A stretch of DNA of 19,321 bases from Fibrobacteria bacterium (lineage in GTDB: Bacteria > Fibrobacterota > Fibrobacteria > UBA11236): NCBI GenBank assembly GCA_050486505.1, contig JBJHDK010000046.1:1-19321 (forward strand), given 5' to 3'. This document shows positions 6,749 through 14,580 of this stretch, in pieces (positions within the stretch are counted from its first letter, which is position 1; every line of letters begins with the position of its first letter). Under the pieces are notes generated by a model. That model had not been told where the DNA came from, searched no databases, and worked only from the letters and a program-made list of their open reading frames with translations. A program made the translations under genes and the position numbers.

Positions 6749-8125
6749 ATGCCCGAGTCCCCCCATCATTCCCCGTTGTCAGGCCTTGCCAGGCTCGCCC
6801 CCGAGCCCGTCGCCGTGCTGGGGTACGGCGTCGAGGGCAAAAGCACCGTGCGCCATCTCCTGCGCGCGGGGTGCCGCGACATCACCGTACTCGATCGCAC
6901 CGAGCCCGCCGACGCGCTTCCCGAAGGCGTGCGCGGAGTGTTCGGCCCCGACTGCCTGCAGACCCTCGCACGGGCACGCACCGCCTTCCGGTCGCCTGGC
7001 TGGCGCCCCTTCGCGCCGGAGTTCGACGCCTTCGTCGCACGCGGCGGCAGCTTGACTTCGCAGGTAGAAGCCGCCTTCTCCCTGCTCGGGCGGGAGCGCA
7101 TCGTCGGCGTCACCGGCACCGTCGGAAAAGGAACCTGCTGCTCCCTGCTTTCCGCCATGCTCGACCGCGGCGGCGTCGCCCACCGGCTGGCGGGCAACAT
7201 CGGGCTGCCGCCCCTCGATGCTCTCGAGGATTTGCCGCCGGGAGCGCGACTGCTACTCGAACTGAGCAGCTTTCAACTGGCGACCATGCGCGAAAGCCCC
7301 TCCCTCGCGGTGGTGCTGCGCGTCACCAGCGAGCACCTCGACTGGCATGCCACGCGCGACGAATATTGGAACCACAAGGCCAACCTCGTGCGCTTTCAGG
7401 AACGGGGGGACACCTGCGTGGTCTTCACCGACACGGAGGGATCCGCCTGGATGGGGACCCTGGGCGCTGGCGAAAAAATTCCGGTGGGTGCGCGCGGAAC
7501 GATCCGAATCGCGGGGAATACCGTGGCCTGGCCGGAGCACGGCTTGCGGATCGACCTTGCGGAAACGCGCATGGCGGGCGCCTTCAACCTCGAGAACATC
7601 GCGGCGGCGGCCGCGGCGGCGCTGGTGCTCGGGGTGTCCGCGGAGGCTGCCGCCGCGGCCGCGCGCGCATTCGCGCCGCTGGAGCACCGGCTCGAGTTCG
7701 TGCGCGAGGCGAACGGCGTGCGGTACTACAACGATTCCTACGCCACGCGTCCCGAAGCGGCCTTGGCGGCGGCGCGCGCATTGCACGACGCGCCCCTCGG
7801 CCTCATCCTGGGGGGATCGGAGAAGTTCGCCGACTTCGGGGAACTGGCCGCAGGGCTTGCGGCATGCGATCACTTGCGCGCGGTGGCCTTCATCGGGCAG
7901 ACGGCAGAGCGCCTGGAAGACGCGCTGCGCGTGTCCGGGACGCTGGATGCGGCGAAGCGCGCGTGGCGGCGCTGCGCGACGCTCGAGGAGGCGGTGGGAT
8001 TCCTGCGCGGGGAGATCCGCGAGGGCGCGATTCTGTTGTCCCCCGCTTGCGCGTCATTCGGATTGTTCACCGACTACAAGGCGCGCGGAAGAACATTCAA
8101 GGAACTCGTCAAGCGACTTGCCTGA
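6749..8125 (+). CDS. murD: UDP-N-acetylmuramoyl-L-alanine--glutamate ligase (MurD family)
   Basis: VAVLGYGVEG, FRSPG, P-loop GVTGTVGKGT, AGNIG, LELSSFQL, EHLDWH, LEHRLE, YYNDS.AT, ILGGSEK and LLSPACASF..F.DYKARG. Confidence 0.93.
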   Translation: MPESPHHSPLSGLARLAPEPVAVLGYGVEGKSTVRHLLRAGCRDITVLDRTEPADALPEGVRGVFGPDCLQTLARARTAFRSPGWRPFAPEFDAFVARGGSLTSQVEAAFSLLGRERIVGVTGTVGKGTCCSLLSAMLDRGGVAHRLAGNIGLPPLDALEDLPPGARLLLELSSFQLATMRESPSLAVVLRVTSEHLDWHATRDEYWNHKANLVRFQERGDTCVVFTDTEGSAWMGTLGAGEKIPVGARGTIRIAGNTVAWPEHGLRIDLAETRMAGAFNLENIAAAAAAALVLGVSAEAAAAAARAFAPLEHRLEFVREANGVRYYNDSYATRPEAALAAARALHDAPLGLILGGSEKFADFGELAAGLAACDHLRAVAFIGQTAERLEDALRVSGTLDAAKRAWRRCATLEEAVGFLRGEIREGAILLSPACASFGLFTDYKARGRTFKELVKRLA

Positions 8126-8126
8126 A

Positions 8127-8540
8127 TCAGGAAACCGGCAGTTCGACCGCCGTCATTTCATCAACGATCATGGCGTAGAAGGCGGCCCAGGCCGCTTCCG
8201 CCGCCGCGTCCCAATCAGGACCGAGCATTTCTCCCAGGGCGTCGAGCAACGGTGAAGCCGCCAGGGCATAGTGTTTTTCGCCCACCCCGCGCAACGCATG
8301 CGTGCGTCCGAGTTGCCGCACCACGGGCAACAATGCATCGGAACGGCGAAGATTGGTCACGGCAAAAGACAGCGTGTTGCCGAGAAGCGATGCCTGCACG
8401 GCGATGTCGTTCTGGAACATGGCACGCAACGACGGCTCGCGCGCAAAGAGCTTGGAGTAAAACAGGGCACCCAAGTCATCGCGGCGCCTTTCCAATTTCT
8501 TCCATGTGTCAATGACCTTGTCGATTTGTTCCGCGCGCAT
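8127..8540 (-). CDS. Single-domain globin (flavohaemoglobin/Vitreoscilla-type, no reductase domain)
   Basis: LFYSKLF (TyrB10), RAMF (PheCD1), Q (E7), LGRTH (HisF8), HY and AW..FY; 137 aa. Confidence 0.9.
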   Translation of the reverse strand: MRAEQIDKVIDTWKKLERRRDDLGALFYSKLFAREPSLRAMFQNDIAVQASLLGNTLSFAVTNLRRSDALLPVVRQLGRTHALRGVGEKHYALAASPLLDALGEMLGPDWDAAAEAAWAAFYAMIVDEMTAVELPVS

Positions 8541-8639
8541 GGCCCCCGCCTTTCAAACCGCCCGTTTCGAAATGGAAACGTGCGTGAAGTGTCAGAATGA
8601 AATGGCCACGCAAAGTCCGTACCCGCGGGAGCCCGCGAC

Positions 8640-8666
8640 AATAAACGCCGACCCGAAGGGCCGGCG
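8640..8666 (-). terminator. Probable intrinsic terminator after the lipoprotein gene
   Basis: The minus strand reads CGCCGGCCC-TTC-GGGTCGGCG-TTTATT, about 45 nt after the stop at 8710. Confidence 0.55.
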
Positions 8667-8709
8667 CAAGGGCGAAAACAGGCGGAACGCACCCCGGGGG
8701 GCGCGACGA

Positions 8710-9291
8710 TCAACGAATGAGAATCAGCGGAGGCGGGGTATCAAGACCGGGCGCATGCTGAGTGTTGGCGCGCGGGGGACGCAAGGCGGTCAGCACCTGC
8801 GAGGCGGCCGCACGGGGAAGGTGACGGGCCAGATAAGGAGCCGGGACGTTGTCGCGCGCGCGAACTTCCCACTCCCATTGGGCGCGTTGCGGCTCGCTGC
8901 CGCGATCGGCGGTGACGGCGAAAAGCCCCCAGGTCCCGGTGTTGCCGGTTCCGGGAATGAGACGACGCACGGAAACAGTCACACGAACCGAGGCCGACAG
9001 GCTGTCGCGCGCCTCTTCCTGACCCCTGAGGTAGAGTTGGTAACGCAGTTCACCCTCGAAATCCTCCGCAAAGCGGATCGGATCAAGCCCGGCTTCCTCG
9101 AGCGAGGCGACGACTTCGGGCCCGAAGGCCTCGATGGTCAGGAAAAGACGGTCGGTGGAGGCGACCTCAACCTTCGCGCCCCCGCGCGAGCTTCCGGAGA
9201 GGGCGGCGCACTGGACGAGGGCGAGGCTTGCGACGATGAGGACGAGGGGGCGCACGAAGGCGCGCAGGGTCGGAAAGGTCGTTTTCTGCAT
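8710..9291 (-). CDS. Hypothetical exported protein, probable lipoprotein
   Basis: MQKTTFPTLRAFVRPLVLIVASLALVQC has a basic n-region, a hydrophobic h-region and a Cys (atypical lipobox), followed by a Ser/Gly linker. ATG 9291 is preferred over GTG 9306. Confidence 0.68.
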   Translation of the reverse strand: MQKTTFPTLRAFVRPLVLIVASLALVQCAALSGSSRGGAKVEVASTDRLFLTIEAFGPEVVASLEEAGLDPIRFAEDFEGELRYQLYLRGQEEARDSLSASVRVTVSVRRLIPGTGNTGTWGLFAVTADRGSEPQRAQWEWEVRARDNVPAPYLARHLPRAAASQVLTALRPPRANTQHAPGLDTPPPLILIR

Positions 9292-9329
9292 GCGGGAAAG
9301 ATACACACGGGGAAGTACGTTTCCCGCGC
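9292..9329. promoter_or_regulatory. Compact divergent promoter region, probably leaderless in both directions
   Basis: Minus-strand TATCTT (9303-9298) lies 6 nt before ATG 9291, and plus-strand TACGTT (9316-9321) lies 8 nt before ATG 9330. No SD on either side. Confidence 0.5.
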
Positions 9330-9980
9330 ATGGGAATGCAGATCAACCGTGTGTACACGCGGGCAGGCGATGACGGCAAAACGGCACTGCTGGGCGGAAA
9401 GCGCGTCCGAAAGGATCACGCACGCATTGAAGCCTTCGGCTGCCTCGACGAATTGAACGCGACCCTCGGGCTGACGCGCGCCGCCCTGGAGAGCGAAACC
9501 AAGCTTTCCCCGCGCCTTCGCCGCAGCATGGACGCTGACCTCCGCACAGCGCAGAACCGGCTCTTCGACGCCGGCAGCGTGCTTGCCGCCCCCGACGGAA
9601 AGGCCTGGGAGGGCATGCCGCTGCCCGGCACGGAGGATTGCGCGGCCCTCGAAGCTTCGATGGACGCGATGAACCGCTCCCTGATGCCGCTGAAGTCGTT
9701 CGTGCTGCCGGGCGGTTCTCCCGTCAACGCGTGGCTCCACCTCTGCCGCACCGTGTGCCGCCGTGCCGAGCGGCGCGTGGTGGCGCTCGCGCGCAAGGAG
9801 ATCGTTCCCGCGGATGTGGTCCGCTACCTGAACCGGCTTTCGGACTGGTTTTTCACCGCGGCCCGCTTCGTGTCGGCGAAGACCGGTACCCCCGAGACGC
9901 TGTGGGAGTTTCCCCTGGCCAAGGATGAAAACGGGAAATCGCCACGAAAGGGCACAAAGAGGAACAAAAAGAAATCCTGA
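9330..9980 (+). CDS. Cob(I)alamin adenosyltransferase, PduO/MMAB type
   Basis: VYTRAGDDGKT, RIEAFG.LDELN, QNRLFDAG, FVLPGG, RTVCRRAER and YLNRLSDWFF.AAR. Confidence 0.95.
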   Translation: MGMQINRVYTRAGDDGKTALLGGKRVRKDHARIEAFGCLDELNATLGLTRAALESETKLSPRLRRSMDADLRTAQNRLFDAGSVLAAPDGKAWEGMPLPGTEDCAALEASMDAMNRSLMPLKSFVLPGGSPVNAWLHLCRTVCRRAERRVVALARKEIVPADVVRYLNRLSDWFFTAARFVSAKTGTPETLWEFPLAKDENGKSPRKGTKRNKKKS

Positions 9981-10014
9981 CTTCCTCTTTGATCTCTTTG
10001 TGTTCTTTCGTGGC
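9941..10014. repeat. About 33-bp imperfect inverted repeat overlapping the 3' end of the adenosyltransferase gene
   Basis: GCCACGAAAGGGCACAAAGAGGAACAAAAAGAAA ... TTCCTCTTTGATCTCTTTGTGTTCTTTCGTGGC, at a convergent junction. Probably also acts as a terminator. Confidence 0.85.
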
Positions 10015-10058
10015 CAACAACCTGTTGTGGCCACCCTCCGCGTCCGGAGTCCTCCCCC

Positions 10059-10856
10059 CTACAACTCGCCCCAGAATGCAGCGGGGCGACGGTCGCGCAA
10101 GGCCGGGAAGTTGCTTCGCCACGCGCGCACGGCGTCGTGCGAAATCTCCGCCGAGACGACTTCCTCGTCATCGCCGCCGGATGCCAACACGCTCCCCTTG
10201 GGCGAAACGATGCGCGAGCCTCCTGCGTAGGCCGTGCCTTGCTGCACGCCGACGCAATTCACGCCCGCGACCACGCACTGGTTCTCGATCGCGCGGGCCC
10301 GCAGCAGCACCTCCCAGTGTTCCTGACGGCTGGCGGGCCAATTAGCCTGCACCGTCATCAAATCGGCGCCCCGTTCAACGCCCAGGCGATACAGCTCGGG
10401 GAAACGCAGGTCGTAGCACACCGTCGGAAACAGGGAGAACCCCTCCACCGCATGCAGCCGCACGGCGGCACCCCCCTCGAACAACCTGTCTTCCCCGCCG
10501 TACGAGAACGGATGGATCTTGCGATACTCAAGGACTTCGCGGCCCTCGGGATCAACGAGGGCGGTCAGGTTGTACAGCTTGCCGTCGGCGTTATCGGCAC
10601 GGCCGAGGCATCCGCCCAGCACGTGGGCACCCCAGGTGTTCGCCAGCTCCGCCAAAAACACGCGATCGTCCTCGATGACGGAATCCGCCGAAGCGGATGT
10701 GTAATCCGGAGGCAAGGTCCCGGTGCTGAACAGTTCGGGGAGCACAATGAGGGAGCCCGGGGGGATTTCCGTGTCACCCAGGAGTTCGCGGACCCGTTCC
10801 CGGTTGCGGGCCGGCTCAAGGTTTTCGATGGCAAACTGGACGAGGTGGAGGTGCAT
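10059..10856 (-). CDS. Carbon-nitrogen hydrolase (nitrilase superfamily; omega-amidase/Nit-like)
   Basis: Glu-Lys-Cys triad motifs LPELFSTG, YRKIHPF and VCYDLRFPE, plus LLRARAIENQ. Confidence 0.93.
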   Translation of the reverse strand: MHLHLVQFAIENLEPARNRERVRELLGDTEIPPGSLIVLPELFSTGTLPPDYTSASADSVIEDDRVFLAELANTWGAHVLGGCLGRADNADGKLYNLTALVDPEGREVLEYRKIHPFSYGGEDRLFEGGAAVRLHAVEGFSLFPTVCYDLRFPELYRLGVERGADLMTVQANWPASRQEHWEVLLRARAIENQCVVAGVNCVGVQQGTAYAGGSRIVSPKGSVLASGGDDEEVVSAEISHDAVRAWRSNFPALRDRRPAAFWGEL

Positions 10857-10858
10857 GG

Positions 10859-10936
10859 GAGGTATGAGTTATGAGTTATGAGTTACGAGTTACGAGTGGG
10901 GGGGTGGGGAGTTGGGAGTGGGGAGTGGGGAGTTAT
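10859..10936. repeat. Heptamer array GAGTTAT/GAGTTAC grading into GAGTGGG/GAGTTGG
   Basis: About 11 units starting 3 nt from the hydrolase ATG, followed by a G-rich tract to about 10966. Same unit family as 2034-2197 and 13453-13527. Confidence 0.9.
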
Positions 10937-10992
10937 GGGTCGGGGGGTGGAGGTTGGTGGGGGGGGCGCGTCCGTGATTGGCGCGGCGGGTG

Positions 10993-11385
10993 TCAGTGCG
11001 AGAGGGTAGAAATTCCTTCGAGAACCCCGACGTCGCGGCGGACCTTTGCGATCAGCGCGGAGAGCGGGCCCTCAATCGCCTCCACGGCGCGTTCCAACGG
11101 AATCGAGCCTTCGGGCCCCTCGCAATACCCCAGCTGATCGGCCAGCAGGAACAGGGAATGCAGGGCGAAGAGCGCGCCGCGCGCCGCATCCAGCTCGTGC
11201 AGGAACATGCGCCGGTCGCCGGCGGCTTCCCCGCGTGCGATGCACGCCGGGATCCGGGTCGCGTAATGCATCAAGCGTTCCCCCAGCACGGGACGTTCTT
11301 CCTCGGGCAACACCCGAACCAGCGCGTGCACCTTCTCGAGCAACAGGATCGACTCCCTCCAGACCATCAGATCGCGATACGACAT
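10993..11385 (-). CDS. Four-helix-bundle protein (23S rRNA IVS protein family PF05635/TIGR02436; Avd-related), divergent, 130 aa
   Basis: SYRDLMVW, LPEEE..L, IPACIARG (canonical IPSNIAEG), F...L..ARG.L..L and LA.QLGY. Strong AAAGGAGG SD 6 nt before ATG 11385. Confidence 0.88.
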   Translation of the reverse strand: MSYRDLMVWRESILLLEKVHALVRVLPEEERPVLGERLMHYATRIPACIARGEAAGDRRMFLHELDAARGALFALHSLFLLADQLGYCEGPEGSIPLERAVEAIEGPLSALIAKVRRDVGVLEGISTLSH

Positions 11386-11406
11386 GGCGAACCTCCTTTG
11401 ACACAT

Positions 11407-11449
11407 AGCATACCGTCATTCCGGTCGATGCGGTGTGACAGGGGTCACA
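11407..11449 (-). promoter_or_regulatory. CRP-family box TGTGA-N6-TCACA (11434-11449) plus -10 TATGCT (11412-11407): class II promoter geometry
   Basis: TGTGACAGGGGTCACA is a perfect CRP core. With 11412 taken as -12, its centre (11441.5) falls at -41.5. Confidence 0.65.
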
Positions 11450-11507
11450 GGGGAATGATGAGTCATGATGATGAGTGAAGGGACTGGGCCGGTATCATGC
11501 GGAGAAT

Positions 11508-11613
11508 CAGCAATACAGCAGTACAGCAGTACAGCAGTACAGCAGTACAGCAATAGAACTCGCACAGAAAAACTCCGGAGCGGTGTGGCTCTATTGTTGT
11601 ACTGCTGTATTGC
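11508..11613. repeat. Inverted octamer arrays forming a hairpin
   Basis: CAGCAATA/CAGCAGTAx4/CAGCAATA (11508-11555) and TATTGTTG/TACTGCTG/TATTGC (11592-11613). The spacer is partly self-complementary and contains CTCCGGAG. Confidence 0.9.
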
Positions 11614-11648
11614 CCACTGCCCCCTCCCCCTACCTACCTTTCCCCCCC

Positions 11649-13454
11649 ATGCCTTTACTCGGAATGCGCGACGTGCGCTATCACGTCGGTGGGCCTCCGC
11701 TCATGGATGCCGTGTCTTTCATGCTCGAAGCGGGGGAACGGGCCTGCCTCACGGGCCGTAACGGCGCGGGCAAGACGACCTTGCTGCGCCTGCTGCTCGG
11801 GGAACTCAAACCCGACGGCGGCGAAATCATCCGCACCCCGGGGACCCGCGTGGCCTGGCTGCCGCAGGACATTCCCGCCTCCCTGCCCGGCACCGTGGCC
11901 GACATCGTCGCAGAAGGCGCGGCACACCACGCCGCCGAGGGCGACTGGAAGGCGGAGATGGAAGCCGAGCGCTGGACCGGACTCGCGGGCCTCGACCCGA
12001 AAGCGCCGTTCGTCTCGCTCTCAGGCGGCCAAAAGCGCCGCGTGCTGCTGGCGCGCGCCCTTGCCTCGGAGCCCGATGTGCTCCTGCTCGACGAACCCAC
12101 CAACCATCTCGACATCCAATCCATCGACTGGATGGAAGGCCTGCTGAAATCTTCGAGCGCGGCGCTGCTCTTCATCACGCACGACCGCGCCTTCTTGCGC
12201 CGCATGGCGACGCGCATCCTCGAGCTCGACCGGGGCCGCCTCTTCGACTGGGACTGCGGCTGGGACACCTTCCTCGTCCGCAAGGAGGCCCTGCTCGAAG
12301 CGCAGGAACGCGAATGGGCCGACTTCGACAAAAAGCTGGCGCAAGAGGAAGCGTGGGCGCGACGCAGCCCCAAGGCACGACGGGCCCGCAACGAGGGACG
12401 CGTGCGCGCCCTGCAGGCGAAGCGACTGGAACGCGCCGCCCGGCGGGAGCGCCAGGGCACGGCGAAGCTCGAGCTCGGCGAGGCGGCGCGCTCCGGAGAC
12501 CGGATCGTGGAGGCGCGCGACCTTGCTTTCGCCTGGGGAGACAAGACCATCATCTCCGCGTGCAGCGCGACGATTCAACGGGGGGACAAGGTCGCGTTAC
12601 TCGGTCCCAACGGGTCCGGAAAGACGACGCTGCTGCGCCTGCTGCTCGGAGAGCTGACGCCCGCACGCGGGAGCGTGCGGCAGGGGTCAAACCTGCAGGT
12701 GCTGTATTTCGACCAACTTCGCGCGCAGATCGACCCCGAGGCCACCGTCCGCGACAACATCGCGGGCGGCCAGGAAAACGTCTCGATCGGCGGCAAAAAC
12801 GTGCACGTGATGTCGTACCTGCAGCGCTTTCTCTTCGATCCGGAGCGGGCACGCATCAAGGCCGGCATGCTTTCGGGAGGCGAGCGCAACCGCCTGTTGC
12901 TGGCGAAGCTGTTCACCCGGCCCGGCAACGTGCTTGTGCTCGACGAACCCACGAACGACCTCGACATGGAAACCCTGGAGCTTCTGGAGGAGCTGCTGGT
13001 CGATTTCGACGGGGCCGTGCTGGTGGTGAGCCACGACAGGGAGTTCCTCGACAACGTGGCGACCTCGGTGCTGGCCATCGGCCCGGATGGTGTCGTAGAA
13101 GAGTTCGTGGGCGGGTGGAGCGACTGGAAGCGCCAGCAGGATGCACGCGACGCCGCCAAGACGGAGAAGACGACCGCGAAGAAAGCCCCGGCGGAAGATT
13201 CGACAACGAAGGCGCCCCCCCCTCCCTCAAAGCACAAGCTTTCATTCAAGGAAAAGAAGGAACTGGACGCGCTTCCGGCGAAGATCGAGGCACTTGAGAC
13301 GCAGCAGGCCGCACTGGTGGAATCGATGGGAACCCCTGAATTCTACCGCAAGGATCCCGCGGAGATCGCAGCCGCGATGACGCGGCAGGAGGAACTGGCG
13401 AAGGAGCTGGAAGCGGTCTACGCCCGGTGGGAGGAGTTGGAGCAGGGATTATGA
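11649..13454 (+). CDS. uup: ABC-F family ATPase Uup (601 aa)
   Basis: Two ABC domains (GRNGAGKTT/LSGGQKRR/LLDEPTNHLD and GPNGSGKTT/LSGGERNR/LDEPTNDLD), linker ARRARNEGRVRAL, C-terminal KLSFKE..EL..LP..IE.LE...YARWEELE, and no TM segments. Start moved to ATG 11649. Confidence 0.92.
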   Translation: MPLLGMRDVRYHVGGPPLMDAVSFMLEAGERACLTGRNGAGKTTLLRLLLGELKPDGGEIIRTPGTRVAWLPQDIPASLPGTVADIVAEGAAHHAAEGDWKAEMEAERWTGLAGLDPKAPFVSLSGGQKRRVLLARALASEPDVLLLDEPTNHLDIQSIDWMEGLLKSSSAALLFITHDRAFLRRMATRILELDRGRLFDWDCGWDTFLVRKEALLEAQEREWADFDKKLAQEEAWARRSPKARRARNEGRVRALQAKRLERAARRERQGTAKLELGEAARSGDRIVEARDLAFAWGDKTIISACSATIQRGDKVALLGPNGSGKTTLLRLLLGELTPARGSVRQGSNLQVLYFDQLRAQIDPEATVRDNIAGGQENVSIGGKNVHVMSYLQRFLFDPERARIKAGMLSGGERNRLLLAKLFTRPGNVLVLDEPTNDLDMETLELLEELLVDFDGAVLVVSHDREFLDNVATSVLAIGPDGVVEEFVGGWSDWKRQQDARDAAKTEKTTAKKAPAEDSTTKAPPPPSKHKLSFKEKKELDALPAKIEALETQQAALVESMGTPEFYRKDPAEIAAAMTRQEELAKELEAVYARWEELEQGL

Positions 13455-13527
13455 GTCATGAGTCATGAGTTATGAGTCATAACTCTCCACTCGTCACTCG
13501 TCACTCGTCACTCGTCACTCTCAACTC
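13453..13527. repeat. Head-to-head heptamer arrays with no spacer
   Basis: GAGTCATx2/GAGTTAT/GAGTCAT (13453-13480), then ATAACTC/TCCACTC/GTCACTCx4/TCAACTC (13479-13527). The stop codons of both convergent genes overlap the arrays. Confidence 0.9.
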
Positions 13528-14579
13528 CTCAACGCCGCTTTTGCCGAGGCGATGGCCACCTCGATCTGCGACGCGTCGGGGTTCTTCGTGGTGATGCGCT
13601 GCAGCCACAGCCCGGGCGCGATCAGGGGACGGATCCACATCGAATCCTGGTGGCGGGCCGAGAGCTTGAGAAACTCGAAGGACAGGCCCGCGACGAAGGG
13701 CACGAAGGGCAGGTGCGCGAGGAAGCGCACGAAGAAGTTGGGGTAGGCGTACCCGATCACGTGCAGCACGAAGGCGTCCATCACCGAGAAAAACAGGATG
13801 CAGGTGAGCGCGACGATGAGGATGAACGACGTGCCGCAACGGGGGTGGAAGCGCGTCTGCCGATCCACCGAGTCGGTCGAGAGGCCGGCGCCGCTTTCGT
13901 GGGCGAAGATGGACTTGTGCTCCGCCCCGTGGTACTGGAAGAGGCGGCGCACGTCGGGCAGGAACGAGAGTCCCCACATGTACAACAGCAAGAGCGTGAT
14001 GCGCACCGCGCCCGCGGTCGAATTGAACAGCAGCGGGTTGACGGGGTTCTCGCGCGTGCCGCCGGTGAGGAAGGCCGCCGCGGCGTAGGGCAGCAGCTGG
14101 AAAAGACCGAGCGCGAGGGCGAAGGACACGACCAAGGTCAAAACGGTCAGGAGCTTGTCCTTCAGGCCCGAGGGCTTGACGAACTCCGCGGCGGCTTCCG
14201 CTTCCGCGGGGGAAACGGCGGCCTCGCCCGCGTTCGGGCCCGCGGAGGGCGCGGCGGGGCGCTCCTGCACGGCGGCGGACCAGTTCAGCGCCTTGGTGCC
14301 GACATAGAGGGCTTCGATCAGGGAGACCGCGCCGCGCAGCACGGGAAGCCCGAAGAGGCGGCGGCGCTTGGAGAAGGGAACGAAGTCGCGGCTCTGGATG
14401 GCGATGGTGCCGTCGGGGGCGCGTGCCGCCACGGCGATGCGGCCGGGAGCGCGCATGAGAACCCCCTCGACGACGGCCTGCCCGCCGATGGCGTCAAGCT
14501 TCGTCTCCTCGGGGGGCTCGTGATTGAAGAGGTGAACCCAGCCCGCATGCACTCGCAGGAGCAGGGACCGCAGACTCAT
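13521..14579 (-). CDS. DUF1385 family membrane protein (putative metal-dependent enzyme)
   Basis: IGGQAVVEGVLMR, LFQYHGAEHKSI, RFHPRCGTSF and PGLWLQRITTKNP...IEVAI. Lies directly downstream of rpmE, a familiar neighbourhood. Confidence 0.92.
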   Translation of the reverse strand: MSLRSLLLRVHAGWVHLFNHEPPEETKLDAIGGQAVVEGVLMRAPGRIAVAARAPDGTIAIQSRDFVPFSKRRRLFGLPVLRGAVSLIEALYVGTKALNWSAAVQERPAAPSAGPNAGEAAVSPAEAEAAAEFVKPSGLKDKLLTVLTLVVSFALALGLFQLLPYAAAAFLTGGTRENPVNPLLFNSTAGAVRITLLLLYMWGLSFLPDVRRLFQYHGAEHKSIFAHESGAGLSTDSVDRQTRFHPRCGTSFILIVALTCILFFSVMDAFVLHVIGYAYPNFFVRFLAHLPFVPFVAGLSFEFLKLSARHQDSMWIRPLIAPGLWLQRITTKNPDASQIEVAIASAKAALRS

Positions 14580-14580
14580 G

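Noticed and set aside
10993..11385. Diversity-generating retroelement (Avd-like gene) or rRNA intervening sequence
   Set aside because: No reverse transcriptase, no TR/VR repeat pair and no rRNA sequence are visible in the window.
11475..11648. N-terminal extension of Uup (QQYSSTAVQQYSSTA...)
   Set aside because: It is a translation of the octamer repeat; family similarity begins at MPLL (11649).
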